The notes below the pieces were generated by a model. The model was not told the origin of the DNA and made no database searches. It saw only the letters and a list, made by a program, of their open reading frames with translations. A DNA stretch of 63,819 nucleotides, the filler included, from Polymyxa betae A26-41 (taxonomy: Eukaryota; Protista; Endomyxa: Phytomyxea): the NCBI GenBank assembly GCA_003693705.1. It is 6 parts of 6 records of this genome, joined end to end, with 100 filler letters (N's around TTAATTAATTAA, not from the genome) between each part and the next. Parts side by side here need not be neighbours in the genome. Positions count along the whole stretch, not along the records: positions 1 to 18,173 come from RBZT01000163.1; positions 18,274 to 29,317 come from RBZT01000592.1; 4 more parts are not named here. The stretch is one strand, 5' to 3'. Shown one piece after another: positions 13,121 to 25,984 of the stretch (position 1 is the first letter of the stretch; the number at the start of each line of letters is the position of its first letter). Made by a program: the position numbers and the translations under genes.

Positions 13121-14329
13121 GGAATAATCCGGGAATAATTGCCTTATTCCTGATCCACACTCCGTGGTGCAACTTTTTTTTCAACGATTTGTGAAACCTC
13201 TGAGGAAGCTCATGAGCCCCAATCGATACTATAATGATACCGCTCCTGAAATACTCTACATGTATATGTAGAAACTTTTATGATAGCTCAACGGGAGCCT
13301 TCGCAATCCTGTGGTAGGGTTTAGGGTTTGCGCGGCCACTCAAACCCTCGAGGAAATGCCTTATAGTTCATAATATAGGTACAATATGAGAGAGCAGTGT
13401 TTATTGAGCTCTTTGACATCGAGTTCGAGACTGCGATTGTGCAGAGGAGTCCAGTTCTGGACTCTTTCGCTGCCGTCGTGTTCATTCAATTTGAGGCGCA
13501 AGCGATCGCTCCATAAATAGCCTCAGGTCATTTTTGGGGTTTAGGGTTTCGGGCTGATCACGTTACTGGATGGTAACCTCTCTCGAACGGCATTCAAGAG
13601 GTTACCAAGTAAAAAATAGTTCACAATAAAATCACATGTAACATTGGCTTTGCTGGAACTGTTCGAAAATAACGAACAGCGTCGTCGTAAAACATCAATC
13701 CAGCGTCCTCGTTACGACAGATAATTGGCCAATTCGAGCAACGGAGCATGACTCCACTGTATGGGATCATCTTCAGTATCGTCTTTCCAGATATTGGACG
13801 CTGTATCATCGAATGTATTGAAAAACTCTTCCAGGGACGCCATTAAAACAGTCAGGAAACGCAGCAAGCAATGACGAGGTCCAGAGCACGAATTTAGCGC
13901 AAACGTTTTTGCGGGCTAGGGTTTTGGGTCATTCCGGATATGATTGCAAAATTTCATCGATGTTAGATTATTGGTTGATTTTATAGAATTTATCAAAATT
14001 GACCATTTTCCAGCTGTTAAAGTGTATATCGGGCTAAAAATTGCGAACTCCATAAAAGTGCTTATTATACACTATATACCGATCAGGGTTATTAGCAAAG
14101 AATAATTCAATAACCCCATCCATCTTCACTGATTTATTCTCGGAGTCCTGAGCCGCCAAATAAGTAATTTTACTGAGGGAATAAGAATTATTCATCACCC
14201 GGAACTACTTTTTTCAAATCCCTGGTTATACGTTTGTTGATCAAGACCTGTCGCCTCAGGTACTGTTGAAAAATAATGAATTGCCAGCTGTCTTCTCGAC
14301 GACGGAGCCATCGTAACAAGTAGATTAAC

Positions 14330-15900
14330 GACGGTGTTGGCTGCCCAGACAGAGCATTATTGCGCTAGTATTGAGATAAATACACATATAGCAATATTTT
14401 CAATTTGTCACGATATAGAGGTTATAGAGGCAGAGAATATACTGTGGCGTCCAGACGAGCCCTTTGCCATGAATGTCCGATTTATAGCGAGGATGAGGAC
14501 GACAGCGATTCCACTCGTCTTAGCGCGATCGTAAAAATTCAGGAAAACCTGCGAGCAAGAAACGCAAAGTTTCAAAGCGAGACAAATTAGGTGGGCTGAT
14601 CAGTGCTATCCAAAACACCGTCTTTTCTAACAGCTCTTTGAACGAAGAGAAGTTGAAACTGGAGAAAGAACGTTACAATTTGAAAAGAACCCAGCAGAAA
14701 GTCGTGAAGAGGAATCCCGCCCCAGGGCCGCAACTGTTATGAACCTAAAAAAAGTTTGTAAACAGATACAGAATACGAAGTACAGCAATAAGCAGATAAC
14801 TAAGCTAAGAATAACTAAGAACAGGAAGAGTGGATCCGAAGTGAGCTACGAGCAGAGCGGAGGCCAGATATAGGTCCAAAACACGCGTTCCTCAGTTCGG
14901 CCTGTGCAGCTAGTAACTGTATCATTGTAACAAGAGTCAGCAGTTGCAACCAGTCGAGAGAATCTGCAAGGGCTGCGTCTGCTGCGTAGCAACAGATCAT
15001 GACTGCAATCGACATGCGAATGTACGCGTGGATGTTAAGATAGGTGAAGTGTTGAATATGGTTATAGATAAGGTTTAATAACGTTGTTTTTTATAAATGT
15101 AATACCAGAGTATTTGGCTTGGATGAAGGAAGTCAAAAGTGTCAGGATCATAGGTCCCGGCAGGACCGGGACCTTGGAATATATGCGCGGATAGATTCCT
15201 TGGATGCACCATATAGATTTTTGGATCGTGGGTCCTCATTCTGAGACCTTATCGCGCTCTTTGTCAGATAAAACCTTTCGCAATGTCGTCGGAGGGCCAG
15301 CTGATAGATGACGCCTCGGCTCGACAGCCCAGCGGGTCAATGTCCAATGCTTTACTAAGTCTCGAGATGCGGGAATCGGGTCTTTTTACGCAGGCGAGAA
15401 GTATCGAAATTCGTCCTTTAAACACCTCTAAACCATATTCCGGTCTCCTGTTGAGTTCAGGCAATGGTGCTTAGAGAAGCGTTTCGCAGTTGATGTCACT
15501 GTCACCGCGGACAAATTGCACTTGTTTCTGAGAGCAAATGTCATTGGCAGACATTCCAGAAAGCGTAAGCGAGCTGCATCAGAGCCTGGACGAGGGGTTG
15601 GAAGATCGAATGTATTTGGTAACACTACTGCCATCGTAGACCAATGTCGCCAGCAACAGGCCATGGGAATGAAGAACTCCGATGATCGAAGTGTTGGTAC
15701 AAATATATTGGCAATACTACTGTGGAACCGATGGCCAAGATCGCTCACACGTTTTGGTGCAAGGCGCGGGTATCATCTGCGAAATATGAGTGCCTTCTTT
15801 GCTTCCATTTCGCACTCCTTCGTGCAGAATCGGTGACAAAGCTGGAATTCGCAGACATGCACTCTGTTCAATTAGAGATTAAGATTTCACAGAATGTTTT
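14330..15900. mobile_element. PIF/Harbinger element 2, heavily decayed (partner ORF remnant on +, transposase on -)
   Basis: Minus-strand remnants GHRFHSSIANIFV, PGS and CIQGIYPRI resemble fungal/protist DDE_Tnp_4. Acidic/coiled partner remnant on +. Confidence 0.55.
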
Positions 15901-15935
15901 GCAGTAGTTTTGGTGCTTTGGCAAGGAAAGACTAA

Positions 15936-16315
15936 GAGCGCGTCTGGAGGCGACGGTAATTTACAACTCAGTTACGGCAAAACGCCTTTTTCTCAAATAG
16001 TCGTACCGGCGTTTTGAAAAAACGGCGTTTTTATGGGCTTGAACCTCCAGACCCCCAAATTTTAAAAGCCGTTTGCGCAGAATCCTTGGTGCGGAGAACA
16101 ACCTCGCCTTGCAAAACGGTGTCAAAAAGGAGGTCGGACCTCGACCTCCGTTTGGAAACGCCGTTCTACGGAGAAAAACGGCAGTTTGCGATGAGGCTCC
16201 ATTTGGCCTCCAGACAGTGGCCACTCAGTTTGAAAACGGCGTTTTTGCCAAAACGGTGTTGAAACGGCGTTTTGCGACACGGAACGGCGTTTTCAACCTG
16301 CCTCCTGACGTACTC
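15936..16315. mobile_element. Tourist-like (Harbinger) MITE
   Basis: 16-bp TIRs GAGCGCGTCTGGAGGC and GCCTCCTGACGTACTC (3 mismatches), flanked by TAA and TAG. Many internal AAACGGCGTTTT motifs. Confidence 0.7.
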
Positions 16316-16634
16316 TAGCCAGTTTGAAAGGAAGGATTATGGTGCTTCTATTCGCTCCAACGACTTTCGAATTTGCCCTTGTGGCGCTGGCGTCTCTTTG
16401 GTTTTGTGTTTTCATATTGATAATGAGCCGTGCATTATTAAAAACAAGCCAGAACTGGTTCAACAATAAACTGCTGACAAGCAGTCCGCATTTACCAAGA
16501 CGCTGGATTATAAGACCGAAAAGACGATCGACCAAGCATTCCGTGCCATTGGTTTGTCTTCTAAAACTAAGACATATGCCGCCAAAGGCTCTGGAGAAAA
16601 TGGCAAAATTTGCCGGCGCGTCAGAGGATCAGAT

Positions 16635-17154
16635 TAGGGCTCCGACCGGGTACGGGTAGTACCCGGCAAAACCGGGTCGGGTTCTGGTCGGGTCGGGTAC
16701 CGGATAGGGGGTGGTACCCGACCGGAATACCCGTTGGGTAGTTTGATAGGCACGGACTTTGTTTCTACGCGTGGATAAGTACACCGATTTACGATGTGAG
16801 GATCCTGCAGTTGATCCGTTAGGCTACTGAAAAGCACACGCTCAACTGTTTCGTAATCCCAGCGCTCCGGGCTCTACATTCGCTGTCGAGCGAAAATTCA
16901 ATTGCGGCCGTGACGTGATTGGGCTTGGGCAACATTCTTTGAAACTAGAATCCTTCTCTTCTTTGATGTTTGGTAAGTGCTATCTGAAAAAAATAAAAAA
17001 ATCCCATCATTTTTTGTTTGTTTGCAACCTTTTTTAGGATTTTGTATGGACCGGTCACGGGTACCAGGTACTACCCGGTATCCGACCCGGAAAACCGGGT
17101 CGGGTACCGGATAAAGGCAGGTACCCGACCCGTTAGTACCCGGTCGGAGCCCTA
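16635..17154. mobile_element. hAT-type MITE with 8-bp target-site duplication
   Basis: TIRs TAGGGCTCCGACCGGGTAC and GTACCCGGTCGGAGCCCTA. TSD GATCAGAT at 16627-16634 and 17155-17162. Subterminal GGGTAC and CCCGACC repeats. Confidence 0.93.
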
Positions 17155-17509
17155 GATCAGATTCGACGACTGGGCAGATGGAATAACCAGGCGTTTGAAT
17201 ATTGCTACCTCACATTTCTGCCAAGTGAAGCGATAAGGTAGCAGGATTTCCGACAACACAAGGCAGCTTTTTATTCAGAGGGTCGCTTTTGAACCTGTTA
17301 AAGCCCTCAAGCAGATGGTGTGCCCGATGACTGAGCAGACTTTACAAATGATTAACTGCGGTTCGTCTCAAGTGCGTACTGAGGCTGTCTTACATTCATG
17401 ACATATAGAACTCGATGCTAATGATTGATCAGTGACATTGATCAATCGGAAGGTATCCGTGGAGAGCCCTAACGTGTCAGGGGGAGACCTGAAAGGGCCA
17501 CATAGGGTT

Positions 17510-18090
17510 TGGCCGGCCTGGACCAAACCTTGGGGCTTGGAATCTAATTCTACTAAATCATAATTCAATTGTGCTCTCAATTGTCAAGTATTTGTTCACG
17601 TAGGAATTCAACGGCACAGAACGTTCTGTAGCCGAACATCAACCACGGATGGTTCGGTAGACGCCAGCGTATCGAGCGTCGATCAATCCATCAGACCGGA
17701 TGGATCGTTACCGGCGGAGTCTCAGCCTTCTAGCCAAGTCCTCATGCAAGCCAACAACGCGCCTACGTTAGGGCTGACCGATACCAAGGACATTATACGG
17801 TTCGTGCGCAAGTATGCGCTGTATCGACAGAGTATTTAGGATGTCAATGCGGAGTCCGTGGTCAAATAACTCCGCGGACTGTCAAGTCGATGTTTGAACC
17901 GGTTTATTATCGGCGCTTATGAAGTATGAGCGGGACTGAAGGTCCGTCGGAACGGCTTCTTGTGACTCGTTCCTGCTCCGTGTGTCGTTTGTCTCCTACG
18001 TGAACTAAGGCTTTACAATTGAGAGCACAATTGAATTATGATTTATTTGCAAGGTTTCCAGGCCCCCAGGTCTCGTCCAGGCCGGCCGGG
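17510..18090. repeat. Inverted repeat pair (31-bp perfect core, about 75 bp imperfect) around a gag-like remnant
   Basis: TAAATCATAATTCAATTGTGCTCTCAATTGT near 17554 is the reverse complement of ACAATTGAGAGCACAATTGAATTATGATTTA near 18015. Internal remnant APTLGLTDTKDIIRFVRKYALYRQ. Confidence 0.7.
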
Positions 18091-18173
18091 TAGTTTCGGA
18101 CTCCCGGTGTCTTGCAACGGAGCGACGTCAGGGAGTCCTCGGAGGCGGAGCGGCGGGGCACGGAGTGGAGCGG

Positions 18174-18273
18174 NNNNNNNNNNNNNNNNNNNNNNNNNNN
18201 NNNNNNNNNNNNNNNNNTTAATTAATTAANNNNNNNNNNNNNNNNNNNNNNNNNNNNNNNNNNNNNNNNNNNN
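18174..18273. other. Artificial contig linker (same linker at 29318-29417, 36449-36548, 51599-51698 and 58687-58786)
   Basis: N44-TTAATTAATTAA-N44, which places a stop in all six frames. Confidence 0.97.
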
Positions 18274-18813
18274 CCTCCGACCTTCGTCTCCGATCCGTCT
18301 CCGTCTCACCGGCACCGCTCCGTCCTTCCTACGCTCCACTCCGTGCGCCGCCGCTCCGCCTCCGAGGACTCCCTGACGTCGCTCCGTTGCAGGACACCGG
18401 TCCCCCGCGTCCTACCCTTCGCTCCCGAGTCATCGCACCGCTTATCTAACCAATAAAAGGGGACCTTTTATTCGATCCTAACAGACGCCTATTCTGCTGT
18501 TCAGTCAATCGCAGAAACAATGGAATCGATACTTGCTGACAGGGCTCGTTTCGCTGACAATTTTGAAGCCGTACAAAAACGAAAGTTGCAGATGACAGAG
18601 CAGTCTCTCGAGATCAAGCTAAAACGTCTAAAGTTTGATTTCGAATCCTTACAATCGCGAATAGATATGGATCGTCAACGTCTAAGTCTTGATCGATAAA
18701 AGGCCAGATCAGAGCAGTTAATACAACTACATCAAGCTGGTATTTTGTCAAAAGAAGAGATACTCCAGAAAATGATCGTCTAACTTCGTTAATCTGAGAA
18801 ATAATATTTCGCA

Positions 18814-19977
18814 TCATCCCCAATTGATTGCATAGCCGTCGCCATCGTTTTGTGGAAGTAATGCGAGCTCAGCAATATTGAAATCCTGGCGCCTTCGGTG
18901 GATAAAATTTGTTAATATGGCAGCCACCTTGAACACAATCGAGAACTTCTTTTGCCTATTCGATGTAATCCCTAAGAACTTCTTGAAACGGTTCTTGAGT
19001 CCACCGATCCCCCATTCAACCTGGATCCTGATACCGGCGTGATGATTATTGAAAGCTTCGATGACTGTATTGGGAGCATCATTGGCAGCGAACTCATGCC
19101 GATCGACCTGTCTGAGAATGTACATATCAACCCCCAGATAACCGGGATCTCCTAGCAGGTATTCAAAGTAATCGCCAGCTTCGGTCTCTGTTCGCGTGAA
19201 TCTCTGACGTCATGTACCATGCAACTCTGAGTTTCGAAGACAGTTTACATCATGGAAACTGCCAACGAAGCCAGGATCAACATAAATGAAGAGCCCGTCG
19301 TGATCGATCACAACAATATTGTTGAAAAAGTAGCCTCTTTTCCTTCGATTATAGTACAGGCCGTGATCATGTCTTTTTGGGCAACGTAATCGGCATAGGG
19401 TTCCCTCCACAAACCCGATACAACCAAGCATAGTTGGCAGTCTCGAGCCCAAATCTCTTCTCCGATCTGGATCAGGCCACTTAATCTCATCTTTTAGGAC
19501 TTGACTGATGGTGCTTAAGACAAAGAATGTGTCGTCGAATATCCCTGAGCGGCTATAGTTCCAATGAATGGATTCATAACGGCCAGCGGAGTTGTGTTTC
19601 AAATAAAAGATAGCAGCTAAAACACGATCAGGACTCGAGAGCTTTGGTTGCCTTCCAGCTCCTTTCCGCATCTCCCCAGTAGATCGTGCACACAGATCGA
19701 AAAGTGGAAAAACAATAGAGCATAATTCCTCGAATTCTGCCAAGGAGAGGCCGACATTCATTCGGAATACACTTGAATGAGCGCTTAACAAGGATCCCAA
19801 ACGATCTGTCTTTGGGCGATTTGGATTGACAAAATAGTCTGCATTGGTTGCTTCAAACGCGTGTACAGCTACAAGCGATGCAGCCACCGCAGAACGGACC
19901 AAGATCAGATCATATTCTTCCAGGGCTTCGAATAAGAAGAAATCATCATCAGACGAAGAGCAAGAATCCATTGGCAA
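18814..19977 (-). mobile_element. PIF/Harbinger element 3, transposase pseudogene
   Basis: Motifs CIGFVEGT (D replaced by E), YYNRRKRGY, IYVDPGFVGSFHD, LLGDPGY, FNNHHAGIRIQVEWGIGGLKNRF and LTNF. Stop at about 19210. Partner ORF remnant at about 18420-18790 (+). Confidence 0.9.
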
Positions 19978-20202
19978 AACACATGAACTTTACGGAATTT
20001 ATTTGCAAAGTGGGATGAGCATCAAAATGGTATGAATAATTTACGGTCAGATTCTTTCGAGAAAATGATACGAAATTGTGCGTAAAAAGTAGGATGGATT
20101 TAGAGACTGGTTCAAGTAGAAAAATTGCGGGAAAAAAAATTGCGGGAATAAAAATTGCAGTGAAAAAGTAGCAGCCTCCGGAAATGACGGCACCGCGATT
20201 TC

Positions 20203-21120
20203 GTGGCAGCGGGGCCTCCATTTCCGGAGGCTGCGCGCTGTTTCTCTGCTGCCGTCTTGGCGTCTCTGGGTAGGCAGTTTCGAGCGACGATGTCGTCATC
20301 ATCTGTTCCAGCTGAGCCGGCGGAAACTTCCACATCTGTCTGCAGCACTCCTGCTACCAAGCGCCGTGGGAGGAAGCCGAAATCCCAAACCGGGAGCAGT
20401 ATCGGTTGGAATAACGAAATGATCGAAAGTTTAATGACAGCAAGATTCGAAACCTACGGTCATTTCTTCAGAGAAGTTAAGAACAGCCATAAACTCTCCG
20501 AGGTGTGGTCAAAAGTCGCATTCGAGGTTTGCAAAGTGACCAATCAAAATGTCAATGGCGACAAATGTCGTCAGCAATTCGGCAGATTGCAGACAAAATG
20601 GCGAGACCACAAGCCTGATGGAAAAGAATCTGTTCGAACGGGTAACCAGGATCCCGGCAATAACGTAAAGGACGATACTTTTGCCGCCATTCAGCCGTTT
20701 TTTCAACAAAGCCGGGCTGTTGCTCTAAACATGGGCCAGGCCACTGATGATCATGATTCGTCGCCGGAAGCTCCTGACAGCGATTCATCCTCTGACAATG
20801 AAATCGAAATGCAACCGAAACCCATGAAACAGTTCAAGCCAGACCTGCCAAAAAAGCCGCTGACTTCGGCTGAAGGAATAGCAATACTAGGGCAGTCGTT
20901 CGATGGAGTTGGAATCAACGTTGCTGAGGGACTTCGATCGATAGCATCGTCATTAGGCTCTAGGACCTCTGGCAATGACGACATCATGACGTTCCTTGAC
21001 GAAATCGTGAGGAACAGAAGAAAACGCGAGAAACATTGGATCGTGTTGCTTCGATTCAGGAAGCGACGTTGCAGTTTATGCAGAGGTTCATGTCTAATCA
21101 GTAAAGATGGCTGGTTATGA
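20203..21120 (+). CDS. Harbinger Myb/SANT-like DNA-binding protein
   Basis: Trihelix pattern WNNEMIESLMTARF...VWSKVA...KCRQQFGRLQTKWR. The real start is probably M at 20290. Confidence 0.85.
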   Translation: MAAGPPFPEAARCFSAAVLASLGRQFRATMSSSSVPAEPAETSTSVCSTPATKRRGRKPKSQTGSSIGWNNEMIESLMTARFETYGHFFREVKNSHKLSEVWSKVAFEVCKVTNQNVNGDKCRQQFGRLQTKWRDHKPDGKESVRTGNQDPGNNVKDDTFAAIQPFFQQSRAVALNMGQATDDHDSSPEAPDSDSSSDNEIEMQPKPMKQFKPDLPKKPLTSAEGIAILGQSFDGVGINVAEGLRSIASSLGSRTSGNDDIMTFLDEIVRNRRKREKHWIVLLRFRKRRCSLCRGSCLISKDGWL

Positions 21121-22335
21121 TTTCCAGAGATAATCTCGGATAGAGTCCCGCTTGCGTTTTGCAGCCTCCCCTGGTATCGCTTGTGCTTCTTCGCCATCTT
21201 CCCCCTGCCTTGCGTTGCGTCGGATGTCATCATCGTTAAGTTGGTAATCGTCATTTAGATGAATGAAAATATTGTGCAAGATGAAGCAGGCTCGAATCAC
21301 TCGCGACATCTGTTTCACTGCAACCTCTTCCGGTCTGCTGTTGCTGTTCCCGTTGTTAAGATTGCCTTTCTGATTGAGAGCGGATTTGAAAATGCGAAAT
21401 CGGTTCTTCAATCTTCCAAGGGTAATTTCAACAGGCATCCTGGTTTGAGAATGCAGATGATTATAGTTTTTTTCTTTTCTGGTCATACCATCGTGTATCT
21501 CGTATGGAATCATACAGTGGGCAAAGAGTTGATAACCCGCATCTGCAACAATCATCTTGTCATTCGGAAGCTTCTGGGCAATCCTCTGTCCGAATTCCGA
21601 TCGGTTATAGACACCTCTATCGTTTTCAGATCCCGGCCGCAAGCAATAATCTCGAATTCGCATTCCCTAATCAACGACAATCCGCGCGTTGATAGCAGGA
21701 TAGCCCTTTCTGCAGTACCACCCTTCATAATCTGCAGGTCGTTCAATCGCGATAAGGGAGCCATCAACAGCTAGGCATGTGTCGGGAAATCCACAAATTG
21801 CTTCGAAACCTTTCGACAGATCCTCCCATTCATCGAGCGCTTCAGGCAAGCGAATAAATTTATGCCCCAGACACTTAATTAAAACGCGGATAACTTGATC
21901 AATATACCGAACTGCTGACGCTTTGCTCATCCCAAAAACTCCAGCAGAGTTAACCACAGATCCTGAATGCGTTAAGTAATGCAGACAAACTGCGACTCGA
22001 TCACGATGGAAGATCCGAGCCTTATGACCGATCACAGAATTGACTGTATCCCAAGCGATTGTGATGTATCCGACAATTTTATCAAAAGACGACTTGTTAC
22101 AACGGAACTGATTCCGAAACCATCCTTCGTCGAACCATACGTTTGCATCGGCTATGGGAAATTGTGAGTCGCGAATCGACCATCCAACCGCTGCAGGCCG
22201 TCTGGACGAGCGGCCATCCCAAGAAATATCAGACACCGCCAGGACAGCAGTAGTGAGACAGCTGGTCAATGTAATTCGGACAGCAGCGCCCAAAGCTCCG
22301 ATCAAAGCCGCCACTTCGTGGTCAGATAGGTTCAT
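21115..22335 (-). pseudogene. Harbinger transposase with a single in-frame TAG
   Basis: CLAVDGSLI, YCRKGYPAINARIVVD*GMRIRD, PGSEND, IVADAGY, RMPVEITLGRLKNRFRI, LHN. TAG at 21667-21669. Confidence 0.92.
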
Positions 22336-23408
22336 GATTGGCGAAGAAATGCCGCTGTTTATGAGAAATGGACCCTCTGAGGGTCCATTAAATAATAGCG
22401 CAAAAATAGCGCCACGGAATTTCGGGGGTCGAAATCTGATTGGCTCGATTGAAAAATAGCGGTACCGCGTTTTTTACTTGAACCAGTCTCTTACGGCCAA
22501 CCCTGTTGTTTTGGTTTTTTTCTCTAATAATAAATAATGGGTATAAAATCAAAAAAATCGGTAGAAAATTTACCAGAAGAACAAATTGAAGAAAATATGA
22601 GGAAATATTAGAACTAAATGAAATTGAAAATGAAAACGAAGAATTCAATGGGGTTGAAAATGAAATTGAAAATACTGGAGAAGAATTTATTGAAAATGAA
22701 ATTGAAGAACAAATTATCTTGGAAGTGGTGCTGGTAGTAAAAGTTCTAATAAACGAGAAGTATCACAATGTACGAGAAATCAAGTGTGTCCATTTATTTC
22801 CATACATTCACGACGGAAGATCCGATCGGGACCGGAAAGGATACTCTTGACCGGAAAGGGAAGTCTTGACTCGTCGGACTGCGGGATCGATCCTCAGTCT
22901 CCTTCCGGTCAAACCCTAAAACCCTAATATTCATTCCAACAAATTACGGATAATGGAGATATAAAAAATGTGTTAAAAAATAAAAGGCAGATTCCTCAAA
23001 AACAAAAAGAACATTTGGCACGAAGCAGGGAGATTATGAAAAAGCGAGAGCGAGAGAAGGTTATGGCGAAAAATTTAACTAGTTGGCGAAGTTGAAATTG
23101 ATATTGATGAGGTTATTGAAACAGCAAGAAAATCAAAAGTAAAAACAGATTACGAGAAAATTTATGGAAAACAGGAAATAAAAAGTCCACAAAAAGAACA
23201 ATTAACTCTAATAATAGAAATTGAAACAGAAACCCCAGTAGAAACAAAAAGATATTCAAGATTACAAGATAAATTAAGCTGATTCTATATTTAATAAAAT
23301 AAATACTCAATAACATTTTCAGATAATTTTTTGTTGATGTAGTAATCAATATAAGATTTTAATATTGTCTGTTTGGTTTTTGTTTTAACACCTTTTGTAT
23401 CACAATTA

Positions 23409-25984
23409 CCGTCGCGGACATCTTAACTGTCATATATTACTAAGGGAGTAACATGATTCAACAAGGCTTGCCCGGGCAACCCTTCTGTCAATATCAAAGG
23501 CCGTTTTCGAATAGATCTCGTCGAAAGGAACAAAGCAACGGCCCCGGTTTTTTAAATTTCCAAATACTCGCGCAGTTTTAATGGTTAGTTGTAAGGGGAC
23601 CGTCGGAATGCACCAATAGGCGCAAATCTAGGTTTCTCACTAGCAAAATAAAGTGCATCAGTGTAGGGGAAAAAGTGCGCTGTCAGAAAAGTCCGGAGAG
23701 TGCGCATTTCTTTTTTAACTTGATTTTGATCATCATGGCTCGGTGCGGCAGACTTCTATCGTTCGCCATGCCTCGAAAGCGAAAGCTTTTCGCTCACCTG
23801 ACTCGAATGAATGAGGAAAGAGCTAAGAGGGCTTCTTTGCGCTCTGAGGGCGGCCCCGCCGCTGCTATTGAAATTGCAGAGAGCCAGCGTCCAGATTCTG
23901 AAGATTCGGATAACGACGAACTTCCATATTGGCCAGCCGAAGATGATACTGAGCCTATTTGCCTTTCTGATGGGGAGATCGAGTCGCTGAAGCTAAAATG
24001 GGTTCCAGAAGCGCGGTCAATTGACAGAAGGCCCCATAATGGAAATAGCCGATGGACTACCTGGAGGCGTAAATCGGAGATTCATAAGCGGGCGAAACAG
24101 ATGCACGGAAGCAAAACTTTATTTGATTTATGGAATATCAAACAATGTCCACTGTCAGCTGAGCCTGAGGATCCTGCTCAGTCTGCAATTCCTGATCCAG
24201 CTCCTGATGATGCAATCTCGAATTCATTGCGAATACTTGAGCAGACGTTTCACATCGATTCTGGCACTAGGGGCTTTGAAAAATCACTAAGAACCACATC
24301 AAAGAACGATTTTTTGAGACTGATTTGAATTTATAGATTTATCAAAGCGCTGCAGAGTAAAAGGCCTCGTGTTAAAAGTTCGGAAGATATTGCACATTCC
24401 ATTTTCCCCGGAATGAACAAGGAACGCAGAGGACAAAGCATCCGTATCTGGGCTGAATTCTTCTTGAAAGAAAACCGTCTCCCTGAAATCAATCAGGGCT
24501 GTTATATCAAGACGAAATCGATCATCGTTGACGGAAACACTCAGAATGTTTGCCGTCAGTGGCTTCGCTCGCAGAGATCAAATGCAATATCAGGTAAGAG
24601 TTTTTCTGAATGGGTAAACAGCCATCTACACACAATCATTGGGCTTCCGGTTGCCATTGAGATCAGCGAAAGAACAGCAACACGATGGCTTCATTACAAA
24701 GTCGGAGATCTATCATCCAAAGGAATGTATTTCGACGGTCATGAGCGTGAAGATGTGGTTGAGTATCGCAGGCAGTTTCAAAAAGCAATGGAGATCAACC
24801 TGCAAAGAATGCCCATTTACGAAGGGGAAAACATGGAGATTCGAACACTGCCAGAAATGCCAGCAAATACCAAGCCACTCATTATGGTTGTCCATGACGA
24901 GTCTTGTTTTCAGAGCAATGACGGAGGCAAAACGGGATGGTTTGATGAGGATCACAGACAAATCCGCCCTAAAGGTGCTGGTAAGTCTCTTATGGTCTCT
25001 GCATTTTTGTGCGAGTGCCATGGGCTACTTCGTTTGTCTCATGAACAGAGAAGCCAGAATCCTGAGCAATTATGGGATTCAAACTGTATTATCAAACCTG
25101 GGAACAATGCGGAGGGATACTGGACGAATGCTGATCTTGTGAAACAGACAGAACAGAAAGCTTTGCCAATATTTCAGATCCTTCATCCAGATTGTGATGC
25201 TTTATTTATGTTTGATAATTCAGCGAATCATCATGCCTTCGCTCCTGACGCGCTGGTGGCTTCAAGGTTAAATCTAAAGGATGGAGGGGCAAACATAAAG
25301 GTAGTAATGAGAGATGGTTGGTTTATCAGCGAAACTGGTCAGCGGATCGTCCACTCGAACAGCAATGCAGAGAGAAATCTCTGGAGAGAAGGAATGAATC
25401 GGCAAGAAGCTTTGAATCTTCTCAAGAGCCAGCCTGATTTCCTCGCGCAAAAGGAATGGCTGACCGAAACTGTGACGGCTTATAGTGGTTTCGCTATTGA
25501 TTTCTTTCCAAAATTTCATTGCGAATTTAATTTTATTGAAATGTTTTGGGGAGCTGTTAAACATTACACGCGTTAGCATTGCAATTATTCTTTTAACGGA
25601 TTGGTCAATATATTACCCTTGGCTTTATCTTCTGTTTCCATTATCCAGATTCGCCGATTCGCTCGAAAATGCTTTAGGTTGGTACTATTTGGCGTTATGG
25701 TTTTGTTTGCTTAACTTTGCATAACTGTAGATATATGGATGCATATCGGGAGAAAAACGGAGAATTTTTATCAGTTAAAGATGTGGAGCGTGCTGTTCGC
25801 AAGTTTAAAAGTCACCGAACGATCCCGCCGTGGTGGAACAGAGAGGAGCTCTAAATAAAAAACTGAGATTTTGCGTTCGAAATTTTTATTGCGATGTCAC
25901 GCAATAACGTTTTCTGCGTACGCACTTTTAGATTCAGTTTGCAACAACCCGGTCGTTTTATGACAGTTAAGATGTCCGCGATGG
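23409..25984 (+). mobile_element. Complete IS630-Tc1-mariner-type DNA transposon with TA target-site duplication; transposase disrupted
   Basis: 26-bp TIRs CCGTCGCGGACATCTTAACTGTCATA and TATGACAGTTAAGATGTCCGCGATGG, each flanked by TA. Catalytic HDES, FDNS and [13 protein letters not shown] 53-nt intron at 25678-25730 restores RKCFR-YMDAYR. Stops at about 24326 and 25574. Confidence 0.92.

Larger units (their letters stand above)
20103..22490. mobile_element. Complete PIF/Harbinger element 4 with TIRs and TTA target-site duplication
   Basis: TIR GAGACTGGTTCAAGTA at both ends. TTA at 20100-20102 and 22491-22493. Two convergent ORFs inside. Confidence 0.95.

Noticed and set aside
18174-18273. 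TTAATTAATTAA palindromes as biological sites (for example piggyBac TTAA targets)
   Set aside because: The same N-flanked linker is repeated five times; it is an assembly artefact.
21667-21669. Stop-codon reassignment or readthrough
   Set aside because: All three stop types interrupt TEs alongside frameshifts, while intact genes read normally; ordinary decay explains it.
22500-23400. AT-rich hydrophobic ORFs
   Set aside because: Low-complexity GAAAAT/GAAATT repeats with no credible product.
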